From NCBI GenBank assembly GCA_964016885.1, contig OZ024755.1, positions 31,620,001 to 31,683,880 on the forward strand: a stretch of 63,880 nt of DNA. Direction: 5' to 3'. Below are positions 26,621 to 39,889 of this stretch, in pieces. Position 1 is the first letter of the stretch. Each line of letters opens with the position of its first letter. The stretch comes from Eledone cirrhosa (taxonomy: Eukaryota). The notes below the pieces were generated by a model. It had not been told where the DNA came from. It was given only the letters and a program-made list of their open reading frames with translations, and did no database searches. The position numbers and the translations under genes are program-made.

Positions 26621-28076
26621 CCTTCATTACTTGTGCCACAATAAAAAACATCCGGCCTATGCTGTAGTATCAGGAAAGGCATTCAGCTGTAGAAACCAAG
26701 CTAACGTCAGATTCATATGACCTGACTTGTCTCAGAACAACATTCTTAATCCATGTAAATATGAAAGAAACTGTCTATGATTTTCAAATAACTTTGAGAA
26801 TAATTGAGAATTTGGAGGTATTTAATAAAAAAAATAACTAACTTTCTTATCTTAAGCTGGTATTTGGAACACAAAAGATCCATATATAAAATTATGATGG
26901 ATAGTTTTTAGATAAATATAAACACTTTAAAACAAATAGTTTTGTAACAAAGGAGTGGTTTCTAATGAGTTGGTATTATAGGAGTTAAGGCCATTTTCAC
27001 TGCTAAATTAGGAATTAACCTTGCACGGCCGTGGCAAGCTTCTTACCATTTTCTCAGGTAAAATAGGGGTTTACCTTGCAGGCCCCATAGCAAACTTCAT
27101 ACACATCATGGGATATTTTCCGTGGTAATGTCTACAGCCAGATTCCTTTTCTCATACCAAACCTTTTAGTTGTCTCTTAGGACACTTTAAAATAAGCAGT
27201 CTTGTATTGTAGAACCAGGTGCCAATTCAAGCTGTTTGGTATCTAAAGTGTTTCCAGCAATAAATGAGGGTTCTATGATCAGCAATATGGAAGGAACTAG
27301 GCTAATGTCAGAGGAAGCTCGAGGCACTGCAGTGGGAGTAAGGAAAGGTAGAGCATCCAGGTTGGGTGCTTGAAGAATGAAATAGCTCTGTATGAAAATA
27401 TCATGGAGAATGTAGTTACATCTGAAAGGAGAGAGTGTCAGTGAAGATGTGGGACATGTGACAGTCAGATTGCAGATAGAAATGTTGTCATATGACATGT
27501 TAGAGCAGTAAAAGTGGCAGAGGGTGGGTATAGGAACGTGGTTGGTAACGGGGTGAATATGAGGTATGAAGGCAACCACCCTCATACTTCATATTCACCT
27601 CAGTAGGCCTGATGTTGGGTAGAATTAAATATTTGGTTGATCAAATCAAAATATGTCAAATGGAAGTGTTTCAAATCATGTTGAAGTTGATTTCAATTTA
27701 TTAGACACTGGTCAATTCTGCTATATATCTATATACTACTAAAACTGATTGTGTGCTTGTCTATAATTTAATACAGCCAAAATGGCACATAAAGGGAAAA
27801 TACTTTGAAAGGAAGTTGCCCCTGAAATGGAAATACAAATGGAATAAAACAAGTTTCGCATAAATTGGAGCACAGGTTCCCGAGATAAAGGATTTTTCCA
27901 GGTACCTTCATAAATAGAGAGAGAGAAAGCGATACTGGTTGTGAGAGAGTAGATTGAAAGTGAGACATAGAGAGATATAGAAGAGACAGAGAATGAAAAT
28001 GGAAGAGATAGAGAGTTGGTGGTGGTGTTGAATGAAATTATATATACATGCACACATATATCTATATATATATATA

Positions 28077-28930
28077 CTAGCCAAATTACCCGCGCCTTGC
28101 TGCGTTTCACATATTTTTTTCGTAAGAAAATGATGATTGATTTTAAATCAGTGATATAATTTATGGAGAAAAACTCTGCATTTCAATATTACTCAATGTA
28201 AAATGTAATGCATGAAAAATTGAAAAACATTATTTTTTAACATAATAAATACATGAATATATATTTCATACTTTGTCCTAATGAAGAACTTCAGGGTAAA
28301 CAACATTTCTTGCTTTTCTTTGATTGGCTAAAATGTAGAGATTTTTTTGAAGTTCCAGTCCTTGAAAAGCCCAAATAAAACATGCCATTGAAAGTTTGAC
28401 CTTGACTCTTATTGATGCTCATGGCAAAGCATGGCTTCACTGGGAACTGCAGCCTCTTAAATGTAAAAAGCAACTCGCTATCACTTGGTATAAGTGGAAT
28501 TCTCAGAATGAGAAGAGCTTGACCTTTGTAAGCTCTGAAGTTCTCATGTAATTTTGTTACAACACATCTTGTTCCATTTATTGGCCAAAGTTTTCACTAT
28601 AGAGGGCTTAACCCCCATTAGGGTGTCTTAATATTATTGAAATTTGCTGAAATTTTGTGAATAGGCATCATATATTGTCATTTACCTATGGTTTAAATTT
28701 CATGTAAATTGAAGGGAAAACATTTTCAGCGGGAGTTTTCAGCAGGGGTTTTATGCCCCCGGGGAACCCTTTGATTAAAATGAAATATATTTATCCAAGT
28801 ACCCTGGGCAATGTAGTTTCAGAATATATATGGTTATGGGGGTCTATCTCCAAAACCGTAGGAGGAGTTCGTGAACAAACAAAAAAACAAACAGACAGGA
28901 ATTAGACTACAACTTTATATATATATATAT
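28077..28930 (-). mobile_element. Non-autonomous Helitron with a PIF1-type helicase remnant
   Basis: Minus strand encodes NGTRCVVTKL...RIPLIPSD...FKRLQFPVKPCFAMSINKSQGQT (RepHel C-terminus) and ends with a GC hairpin (ACGCAGCAAGGCGCG) plus CTAG followed by T; 5' end lies in a (TA)n run. Confidence 0.85.
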
Positions 28931-29549
28931 ATATATATGGGCCTTCCAATTTCATTTTACATTATATACGTCTGTATATATTTTAATTATTTAAAAATTA
29001 TTTTTAAGTGAACGTGACCCAACGGGTCATGAGTGGTCAAGTATAATTCTAAAACTCTTCCATCACAATCTTATGTAAGAACCTCTGTTAAGTTATGTAC
29101 CTGACACCAACTTAATAATGAGTAAAATTAATCATATTACTAAATCCCAACAAATTCTTGATTATTTTCAAAATTATAAGCAGTGTCTTTCATTAGAAAT
29201 ATGGTTACAAAAGGTTTCAAATAAAATGTTAACCATATTATCTCTCATGATAGATGATGATAATGATGATGATAGACATTGTATTTTGATTAATTAATGA
29301 AGAATTTAAAGGGATTTACTAAAAGTATTAATTATTTTTTAATGTTTGTGTTTACCTGGTAAAATATTCATATCAGACTTACCTTCTGTTGAAAGTTGAT
29401 CTTTCTCAGAATGGAAGAGCTGTGGTGAACTGAAATGGGATTCAGAATGATAGATTTATTAAGTTAACAGATTCTAAACACACTGAACATTGAAAATCTA
29501 TACTAGATGATTAACAGAAGAGAAAACTCATGAAACAAAAGTCTTATGT

Positions 29550-30132
29550 TAACCGTTAAAACAATATTTCTAATGAAAGCCGGTCTATGCTTTAACCCTT
29601 TCATTACCATATTTGCAATGAAAGACACTACCTATGTCTTTAACCCTTTCATTACCATATATCTAATGAAAGACACTGTCTGTGTCATTAACCCTTTCAT
29701 TACCCTATTTCTAATGAAAGACACTGTCTATGTCTTTAACCCTTTCATTGCCACATATCTAATGACAGACACTGTCTATGTCTTTAACCCTTTCATTACC
29801 ATATTTCTAATGAAAGACACTGTCTGTCATTAACCCTTTCATTGCCATATTTCTAATGAAAGACACTGTCTATGTCTTTAACCCTTTCATTACCATATAT
29901 CTAATGAAAGACACTGTCTATGTCTTTAACCCTTTCATTACCATATTTCTAATGAAAGACACTGTCTATGTCATTAACCCTTTCATTACCATATTTCTAA
30001 TGAAAGACACTGTCTATGTCTTTAACCCTTTCATTACCATATTTCTAATGAAAGACACTGTCTATGTCTTTAACCCTTTCATTACCATATTTCTAATGAA
30101 AGACACTGTCTATGTCTTTAATCCTTTCATTA
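29550..30132 (+). repeat. 48-bp MITE-P1 minisatellite, about 12 copies, followed by (AGC/AGT)n
   Basis: Same unit as the other P1 arrays. Confidence 0.9.
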
Positions 30133-30253
30133 GCAGCAGCAGAAGTAGTAGCAGTAGCAACAGTAGTAGCAGCAACAGCAGTAGTAGTAGTAGTAGTAGT
30201 AGATATGGACAGATGGCAGTTTGATGGTGTCTCTCCCAGCATCAGCAATGTGT

Positions 30254-30294
<41 letters not shown>

Positions 30295-30453
30295 TGTGTG
30301 TGTGTGACCTATAAGTTGGTGCATATTCAATTACAAATACAAAAGACTTCCACACAATAGCAAATAGTAGACAATACTAGCAGCAAATACCAGGCCATAT
30401 ATATATGTGTGTGTGTGTGTATGTATCTCTCTCGCTGTGTGTCTATCTCTCGC

Positions 30454-30536
<83 letters not shown>

Positions 30537-30676
30537 CCAAAGATTAATATGGTTCATCGATTACTCAATGAATATAGTTTTACAATAGATTAAAAGCACT
30601 CTACAGTAAGTTTTCTGGAGTTATTAATATTATTCAAAATATTAATAAATGAAGACATTCACATAATCAAAATATG

Positions 30677-30738
30677 TTTTATTATATATATTTCGAAGGT
30701 ACTGTGCTGTTTTTTCAGTACGTCCTCGTCAGATAAAA
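30677..30738 (-). ncRNA. Minimal type-I hammerhead ribozyme (family alpha)
   Basis: TTTTAT-CTGACGA-GGACGTACTG..CAGTACCTTC-GAAA-TATATAT-A-ATAAAA; helix III ATATATAT is palindromic. Confidence 0.85.
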
Positions 30739-30857
30739 TACATGAATTGATGTATGACATACCTCAATGGTCTTGATGGTTCAATTCCAGTATTGACTGC
30801 CAATACTGGAATTGAACCATCAAGACCATTGAGGTATGTCATACATCAATTCATGTA

Positions 30858-30919
30858 TTTTATCTGACGAGGACGTACTGAAAAAACAGCACAGTACCTT
30901 CGAAATATATATAATAAAA
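30858..30919 (+). ncRNA. Minimal type-I hammerhead ribozyme (family alpha)
   Basis: CTGACGA at 30864-30870, GAAA at 30902-30905, predicted cleavage after A30913; helix I TTTTAT/ATAAAA. Confidence 0.85.
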
Positions 30920-30984
30920 CAGATATTTTGATTATGTGAATGTCTTCATTTATTAATATTTTGAATAATATATATATATGAAAA

Positions 30985-31165
30985 ATTCAGGACCCCAACA
31001 GCTGAGCTCCTGCCATTTCAACAGCTAGATCCATACTGAATCAGTTTGGATCTAGTTGTTGAAATGGCAGCTCAGCCGACGAGGTCCCGAATCCTTCATA
31101 TTACCCACACTACTTCCCAAAGTATTGAGTACTCTGGTGAATAATGGTCTAACTGGTTTTTACTG
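30985..31165. repeat. Hairpin-terminated dispersed repeat (copies near 46585 and 52762)
   Basis: CTGCCATTTCAACAGCTAGATCCA...TGGATCTAGTTGTTGAAATGGCAG stem; flank TACTTCCCAAAGTATTGAGTACTCTGG resembles 52835-52865. Confidence 0.6.
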
Positions 31166-31759
31166 CCTCCATTCTGATATATATCATTGTTACAGAAGCC
31201 CTACATATATACTAGCATCAACAGTAGGTACACAGGAAGTTGTACCAATATGCCAGATAAATAAACATTGTTCATTCACTTTTTCCCTTTCCCTAAACAT
31301 GTGCCCCTATTTTAAGTCCAACTGAACAGAATCTTATTTAATTCTTTTTTTACCATTTTCAAATAATTTTGAATATAATCAATAATTTGGAGGTGTTTAC
31401 TGATGTAACTTTCTCATTATTAAGTTGGTATTTGGAACATAAGGTTCTGACATATAATTTAGATGGAAGTTTTTTTAATACAAATATAAACACTTTAAAC
31501 CAAAGTTTTACGTCATTCAGTTTCAAGTGGTAGAGTATAGGAAAAGACCGAGCCATTACGTTTTTGGCACCAGACTACCTGAAATTTCCCCTGGTTCTAT
31601 GATACAGGATTGTTTTTAATCATGTTTATATTTATCTGAAGTCCCTTCAACACAATTTTAAGTAAGAACCTTTGTTATGTTCCAAACTCCAGCTAAATAA
31701 CTAAACAGTTTATTATATTACTAAATCTCTCCAAATTCTCGATAATTTTCAAACTTAGA

Positions 31760-32246
31760 CAGTCTCTTTCATTAGAGGTATAGTAATAGAAGGGTTAATG
31801 ACATAGACAGTGTCTTTCATTAGAAATATGGTAATGAAAGGGTTAATGACATAGGTAATGTCTTTCATTAGAGATATGGTAATGAAAGGGGTTAAAGACA
31901 TAGACAGTGTCTTTCATTAGAGATATGGTAATGAAAGGGTTAATGACATAGACAGTGTCTTTCATTAGAAATATGGTAATAGAAGGGTTAATGACATAGA
32001 CAGTGTCTTTCATTAGAAATATGGTAATGAAAGGGTTAAAGACATAGGCAGTGTCTTTCATTAGAGATATGGTAATGAAAGGGGTTAAAGACGTAGACAG
32101 TGTCTTTCATTAGAGATATGGTAATGAAAGGGTTAATGACATAGACAGTGTCTTTCATTAGAAATATGGTAATGAAAGGGGTTAAAGACATAGGTAGTGT
32201 CTTTCATTAGAAATATGGTAATGAAAGGGTCAAAGACATAGACATA
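31760..32246 (-). repeat. 48-bp MITE-P1 minisatellite, about 10 copies, with MITE body at about 31560-31760
   Basis: Reverse complement of the unit. Confidence 0.9.
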
Positions 32247-32329
32247 CTGACTAATTAAAATCATTAAATAAGATGAAAAAATAACAACATTGGCTGCAAG
32301 GAAACAAATATGGTTATAGTGAACAGGAA

Positions 32330-32892
32330 CATACATGGCTGTGTAGTTAAGGTGGTACAGACATGGCTGTGTGGTTAAGGTGGTGGTACAGACATAGCTG
32401 TGTGGTTAAGGTGGTACAGACATGGCTGAGTGGTTAAGGTGGTGGTACAGACATGACTGTGTGGTTAAGGTGGTACAGACATGGCTGTGTGGTTAAGGTG
32501 GTGATACAAACATGGCTGTGTGGTTAAGGTGGTACAGACATAGCTGTGTGGTTAAGGTGGGGGGTACAGACATGGCTGTGTGGTTAAGGTGGTACAGACA
32601 TGGCTGTGTGGTTAAGGTGGTACAGACATGGCTGTGTGATTAAGGTGGTACAGACATGGCTGTGTGGTTAAGGTGGTACAGACATGGCTGTGTGGTTAAG
32701 GTGGTACAGACATGGCTGTGTGGTTAAGGTGGTGGTACAGACATGGCTATGTGGTTAAGGTGGTACAGACATGGCTGTGTGGTTAAGGAGGTACAGACAT
32801 GGCTGTGTGGTTAAGGTGGTACAGACATGGCTGTGTGGTTAAGGTGGTGGTACAGACATGGCTGTGTGGTTAAGGTGATACAGACATGGCTG
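32330..32892 (+). repeat. 28/31-bp minisatellite (SINE-head-like)
   Basis: Unit GGTACAGACATGGCTGTGTGGTTAAGGT(GGT). Confidence 0.92.
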
Positions 32893-33507
32893 ATATGGTA
32901 ATGAAAGGGGTTAAAGACATAGACAGTGTCTTTCATTAGAAATATGGTAATGAAAGGGTTAATGACATAGGTAGTGTCTTTCATTAGAAATATGGTAATG
33001 AAAGGGTTAAAGACATAGGTAGTGTCTTTCATTAGAGATATGGTAATGAAAGGGGTTAAAGACATAGACAGTGTCTTTCATTAGAGATATGGTAATGAAA
33101 GGGTTAATGACATAGGTAGTGTCTTTCATTAGAAATATGGTAATGAAAGGGTCAAAGACATAGGCAGTGTCTTTCATTAGAGATATGGTAATGAAAGGGG
33201 TTAAAGACACAGACAGTGTCTTTCATTAGAAATATGGTAATGAAAGGGTTAAAGACATAGGTAGTGTCTTTCATTAGAAATATGGTAATGAAAGGGTCAA
33301 AGACATAGGCAGTGTCTTTCATTAGAGATATGGTAATGAAAGGGGTTAAAGACATAGACAGTGTCTTTCATTAGAGATATGGTAATGAAAGGGTTAATGA
33401 CATAGGTAGTGTCTTTCATTAGAAATATGGTAATGAAAGGGGTTAAAGACATAGGTAGTGTCTTTCATTAGAAATATGGTAATGAAAGGGTCAAAGACAT
33501 AGACATA
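32893..33507 (-). repeat. 48-bp MITE-P1 minisatellite, about 12-13 copies
   Basis: Reverse complement of the unit; a variant with an extra G recurs about every third unit. Confidence 0.9.
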
Positions 33508-33589
33508 CTGACTAATTAAAATCATTAAATAAGATGAAAAAATAACAACATTGGCTGCAAGGAAACAAATATGGTTATAGTGAACAGGA

Positions 33590-34945
33590 ACAGACATGGC
33601 TGTGTAGTTAAGGTGGTACAGACATGGCTGTGTGGTTAAGGTGGTGGTACAGACATGGCTGAGTGGTTAAGGTGGTGGTACAGACATAGCTGTGTAGTTA
33701 AGGTGGTACAGACATGGCTGTGTGGTTAATGTGGTGGTACAGACATGGCTGTGTAGTTAAGGTGGTACAGACATGGCTGTGTGGTTAAGGTGGTACAGAC
33801 ATGGCTGAGTGGTTAAGGTGGTGGTACAGACATGGCTGTGTGGTTAAGGTGGTGGTACAGACATGGCTGAGTGGTTAAGGTGGTGGTACAGACATAGCTG
33901 TGTAGTTAAGGTGGTACAGACATGGCTGTGTGGTTAAGGTGGTGGTACAGACATGGCTGTGTAGTTAAGGTGGTACAGACATGGCTGTGTGGTTAAGGTG
34001 GTGGTACAGACATGGCTGAGTGGTTAAGGTGGTGGTACAGACATAGCTGTGTAGTTAAGGTGGTGGTACAGACATAGCTGTGTAGTTAAGGTGGTACAGA
34101 CATGGCTGTGTGGTTAAGGTGGTGGTACAGACATGGCTGTGTAGTTAAGGTGGTACAGACATGGCTGTGTGGTTAAGGTGGTGGTACAGACATGGCTGTG
34201 TGGTTAAGGTGGTACAGACATGGCTGAGTGGTTAAGGTGGTGGTACAGACATGGCTGTGTGGTTAAGGTGGTACAGACATGGCTGTGTGGTTAAGGTGGT
34301 GGTACAGACATGGCTGTGTGGTTAAGGTGGTACAGACATGGCTGTGTGGTTAAGGTGGTGGTACAGACATGGCTGTGTAGTTAAGGTGGTACAGACATGG
34401 CTGTGTGGTTAAGGTGGTGGTACAGACATGGCTGTGTGGTTAAGGTGGTACAGACATGGCTGAGTGGTTAAGGTGGTGGTACAGACATGGCTGTGTGGTT
34501 AAGGTGGTACAGACATGGCTGTGTGGTTAAGGTGGTGGTACAGACATGGCTGTGTGGTTAAGGTGGTACAGACATGGCTGTGTGGTTAAGGTGGAGGTAC
34601 AGACATGGCTGTGTGGTTAAGGTCGAGGTACAGACATGGCTGTGTGGTTAAGGTGGTGGTACAGACATGGTTGTGTGGTTAAGGTGGTGGTACAGACATG
34701 GCTGTGTGGTTAAGGTGGTACAGACATGGCTGTGTGGTTAAGGTGGTGGTACTGACATGGCTGTGTGGTTAAGGTGGTGGTACAGACATGGCTGTGTGGT
34801 TAAGGTGGTACAGACATGGCTGTGTGGTTAAGGTGGTACAGACATGGCTGTGTGGTTAAGGTGGTACAGACATAGCTGTGTGGTTAAGGTGGTGGTACAG
34901 ACATGGCTGTGTGGTTAAGGTGGTACAGACATGGCTGTGTGGTTG
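33590..34945 (+). repeat. 28/31-bp minisatellite, about 45 copies, ending in a degenerate SINE body
   Basis: Same unit; the last copy continues GGTTGAGAAGTGTTCACATAGTTCTTGATTCAGTCC (B-box-like). Confidence 0.92.
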
Positions 34946-35850
34946 AGAAGTGTTCACATAGTTCTTGATTCAGTCCTTCATGACATCATAGCCAAATGTC
35001 TACTGTTGTTTCAGATTGATTCATTTTATGTCAGTGAAATTTGGTAGACCTACACTACAGAAGTTTAACTAAGCCTAGCTTTAGTTAAACTTTCTTTACG
35101 ATAATGTTGACAACAAACTTTGATTTGTTGGGTTATTATTATTGCATAAGAAACACCGACAGGCATAAGAAGGAACAACACTACCACCAGAGTACAAGCC
35201 ATCTTACAATGACCACTGAGAACATTTTCCACTGGATATTCAACACCAAGTCCACAGTAAATAAACACAGTTAACAGTTTGTTTTTTATAAACTTACAAG
35301 TAATGCTCTACACCATCATACACGTGTATATGCATGTGTCTGTGTTCAAGTACTGTAACTTGGCAGTTCATCAACAAAGAAATTGATAAAATAACCAGAC
35401 TTGATAAAAATTAATATTGGAGTTGATATGATCAACTAAATGACTACATGGTAGTGCCCCAGCTTGGCTGCAATCTGACTAAAACCAGTAATTTGAAGGT
35501 ACCAACATGGAAGGTGATAAGATAATAAAGATGGCTCTTCATTATAAGTAGCTCTTCAGCTTTTTAAATAAGTTTAAGTGTGTGTAACATACATAACTTC
35601 ATTTTTCTTACATAAAATGTTGATGAAAGGATTTTAGATAAATATAAACACTTTAAGCCTTTCCTTATCATATGTCTAATGAAAAACATTGCTTTACATG
35701 TTTCAATTATTTTTTTAACTAATTAAGAATTTGGAGGAATTTAGTAACATAATTAACTTTTTCATTATGAAGCTGATATTTTGAACATTACTTGACAAAA
35801 AGTTGTTAAATAAAATTATGATGGAAGGTTTTAATATAACTGAACACTTC

Positions 35851-36054
35851 TAACCCTTTAGCATTTAAACCGGCCATAATTCTCTCACCCCTTTCTGTTC
35901 AAACTGGCCACTCATACCAACATTAAGGTATTGTTCTCAAAATAAATATCAAAATCTCATAGCTTCAATATTATGTGAGATAATTGTGTAAGATAAAGCC
36001 TTTACTGTGAAAATACAATAGTAAATATAGGGAAATGTAAATGCTAAAGGGCTA
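35851..36054. mobile_element. piggyBac-like MITE, family P2
   Basis: TAACCCTTTAGCATTTAAA ... GTAAATGCTAAAGGGCTAA. Confidence 0.7.
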
Positions 36055-37268
36055 AATATAGCATAGACGCAGGAACAATCTCAGGTTGGTTAATATCACA
36101 AATGTTAAACAATAATATATTATTGAAAAATAACATTTATAGTATAGACTGAGAAATATTACAGATAAATTAAATTAAATTTAATAAATTCAGTTAAAGA
36201 AGATGCATTTATTTATAAGGTTATAGTTGCTGTTATGGAAAATTCTAATCATATCTTTCACAATACTTCATATAAACTATACTATTTAGTTAGAGATGAA
36301 ATTGATATTAATCCTAAATGTTGTACAAAGAACTTTTGATGATGATGATTGCAGTCACACCATTATTATGGTTTAGTTCAAACCTTTTATTACCATATTT
36401 CCAATGAAATACTCTGTATTGGAATACATAATCTCATCATGTAATGGCTCAAAGAAAAATATTCTTCACTCAAATGTTAGTTAATTCAAATATTTATAGT
36501 GTTTTCACTAGTCAACGGATTGTGAAAATTTGCAGTCAATTTCTCAATTTTTAATTGCATCAATCATATTTGTGTTTTATACTTTTTAAGAATGTCTTGC
36601 TAATGGGGTTTCATGTGGTACAGGAAATTAAGAGTTAATGAAACATTTTGATGAAATCTTAATGATGTGCTGTTATTGTAACATAACATAAACAAACTTT
36701 CACATAAAACTATGTTGGAAGATTTAAATTTAAACAGGAACTCTTTAAATGTTTCACAGAACCAGAGCTGGTTTTAGGGTGGCTGGTATCAAAAGGAAGC
36801 ATTAGTGACAATATCTCAAATAAAATACACTCTAGTTCAATTAATTAATGAAGAATTTGGAGGGATTTACTAAAATGATTAATTATTTCATTATTAAATA
36901 GTAAATTAACATATAGTTCTTACATAAAACTATGTTGGAAGTTTATATTTAAATAGGAACCATTTAAAATGTGATTTTATTTCATAGAACCAGGGCTGGT
37001 TTTAAGTTGGTATCAAAAAGGGGTTTAAACTAGAGATATTGAAACATTAAAATATATAAAGCAAATGATTTTACAAGTACATTAAAATAGAGTTAAATTA
37101 ATCCAAATAAGACAAACATGACCATGAAAAGAATTAGGTTAGTGGTATGAAACAGTGGGAGTTTATTTAGTAGAATATTTCTGTTTACTTCTTATGTTAA
37201 TTTCATAATTTGTCAGGGGTAGAAATTGGTTAATTAGGGCTGAGGGTTAAAGATGTTCAAACTCCATC

Positions 37269-37334
<66 letters not shown>

Positions 37335-38760
37335 ACATACACACACACATATATGTGTGTTTGTTTATATATATATATATAGCTGTTAAATGTTTTACCC
37401 AGTTTAGATGGACACATAAGAATCTCAACATTCTTTTCCATTTAAAACGAGGACTAAAAGAACAAACAATTAATTTATTAACTTCTCAAGCAAAAAAAAT
37501 ACAACGATGGAGTTTCTTTAGGTGAGAAGGGGTGAGCTTTCTTCTTTCTATCCATCTATAGTGACATATTCTAAAAGAAAAACCTCATCGTTGTAAGAGT
37601 ATTTAATTGTTCATGATTCAATAATGTAGGGGTAGTAGTGGGCAACTAGGGGACCAAATTTATACTTTATACTCTACCTGGTAGTTATAACTGGAGGGAC
37701 AGTTTTAGGTTGAACTTCCGACATGGATTCTGTAATGTGAAGATCTAGCATTAATTTGGATATGTCAGCCAGAGCTAATAGAGAGGGAAAGAGAGAGTAT
37801 GTAAGGAAGAGACGGGGGTGAGAGAGAGAGAGTTAGACTGATGAGAGAGGAGGAGGAGTAGGACGAAGTTCTCTCCCCTTCATTTACAAGGTTTTAAAAG
37901 GCAGCTTCTATGAGGAGGGGGAGAAGAAGAGTTAGAGAGAGAGAAAAAAAGTTATTACTCACAGAACAATGGGAGGAGCTACACTTCAATAGCTGTCAAT
38001 CATAACTGCAAGTTGCTATGGCAGTTGGATGGCCATTGGCTGTCTTGACGTATCTCTGAAATGAAAACGAGGCTTTGCTTTAGAAATGTATTAAATGTTG
38101 TGAATTTAAGACAGACATATAAATATATATATATATATATTACTTCATAATATTAATAAATATATAGTAATAATAATCTGTTATTTTAATATATATATAT
38201 ATATATATATACAGAGAGAGAGGACTGATGTATATATATATATACATTCATATACATATATATATATATATGTACATATGCATATATATATACATATGTA
38301 TACATATATATATATATATATGTGTGTGTGTACATATGCATATATATATACATATATATATATATGCTAATAATATTATTTATACTTATATATGAGTTAT
38401 ATATACGAGTATATACACACATATATATGTGTGTGTGTGTATATATATATATATATGGAGAAAGAGAGAGAGTACAGATAGTTATATATATATATGTATA
38501 TATTTATATATATGTATATATATATACACATATGCATATACATATACATATATACATATAAATATATATATATATGTATATATATAGATATACATACGCA
38601 TATATATATTTATTAAAATAACAGATTAAAGTTTAAGCAAAGAATCGCTGCTTTCACCCTTAACGGAATCTTCTGAAACTAAAAAAAATCAATCTGTGAA
38701 CCATGTATATATATATATATATACACATATACATATGCTTATATATATATACATATGCAT

Positions 38761-39098
38761 ATCATCATCATCATTTTACGTCCTCTTTTCCCTGCTTGCA
38801 AGGGTGGGACGAGAACTGATTCTGGCTTGATTTCTACAGCTGGATGCCCTTCCTAACACCAACCTCATTTACAGTGAATGCTGGGTGCTTTTTTGCCGTG
38901 GCACCTCCACGACCACTTTGCAGTGGAATGATAGGGACTGGAGTCCCTATCATCTCATTTCTACAGCTGAGTAAACTGGAGCAATGTGAAATAAAGTGTC
39001 TTGTTCAAGGAAACAACACATCACCCAGTCTGAGAATTGAACTCACAACCTTTCGATTGCAAGGCCAAAGCTCTAACCACGAAGCCATGTGCCTCCAT
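38761..39098 (-). mobile_element. SINE family A, full length
   Basis: Reverse complement of 16826-17166; inserted in (TA)n. Confidence 0.9.
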
Positions 39099-39119
39099 TA
39101 TATACATATATATCTTTTT

Positions 39120-39282
39120 TAATTATGTAATAAACAAAACAATACAATTATTCCATTTACCAAAGGTTTCACGAAGACAGGCGACCTCAACATGGGCGTC
39201 TGAAGCCGTTCATCAAATTTTCCTTTCTTATGAAAGATTTCAGACGCCTCTGTTGAGGTCACCTGTGTTCGTGAAACCTTGA
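39120..39282. mobile_element. Hammerhead element family beta variant with inverted duplication
   Basis: Minus strand TTGATGA-ACG...CGT-GAAA-CCTTTGGT-A-AATGGAA; 39163-39204 is inverted at 39239-39280; flank shared with 58765-58810. Confidence 0.55.
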
Positions 39283-39586
39283 AGCATATAGACAATATGC
39301 GCCCACACCCTCCCACTGCAAAGTGATCGTAGAGGTGCCATGACAAAAACGCACCCAGCCCACACTGTAAAGTGGACATGTTGGCGCCACGGAAAAAAAG
39401 CACCCAGCACTCACTGTAAATGAGGTTGGTGTTAGGAAGGGCATCCAGCTGTAGAAATCAAGCCAGAATCAGTTCCCGTATGAGCAAGGCAAGGTCAGCT
39501 GACCGGACACTGCCCATAACAGGACAACCCATCTAACCCATGTTAGCCTTGAAGAATGGACGTAAAACAGTGATGATAATGATGAT

Positions 39587-39590
<4 letters not shown>
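39283..39590 (+). mobile_element. RTE 3' UTR fragment with (GAT)n tail
   Basis: Matches 14760-15010. Confidence 0.8.
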
Positions 39591-39669
<79 letters not shown>

Positions 39670-39784
39670 GTTTATATATATATATATATATAAAGTCATA
39701 GATATATATGTTTTGCAACGGGTCACTTTGTGGGAGAGGAAACGGTATATATTTTATCTGGTGATTCTATAGGCGTGTTTTATG

Positions 39785-39817
<33 letters not shown>

Positions 39818-39889
39818 TATATATATGTGTGTGTGTGGAGAGAGAGAGAGAGAGGGGGAAGATATGTATATATATATATATATATATAT

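Larger units (their letters stand above)
30535..30971. mobile_element. Hammerhead-bearing Penelope-like pLTR element forming a near-perfect palindrome (arms about 170 bp, 5-nt loop at 30796-30800) between (TA)n runs
   Basis: 30627-30795 is the reverse complement of 30801-30971; the left extension 30535-30626 is homologous to 60896-60980. Confidence 0.75.

Noticed and set aside
35065-35268. 67-aa minus-strand ORF with a hydrophobic segment
   Set aside because: No recognisable homology or convincing splice signals; could be chance
37835-37880. CTGATGA...GAAG possible hammerhead
   Set aside because: Purine-rich simple sequence with no helix II pairing and no GAAA
38640-38685. Minus-strand CAGAAGA...GAAA hammerhead-like string
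   Set aside because: Core mutated and helices I and III not supported
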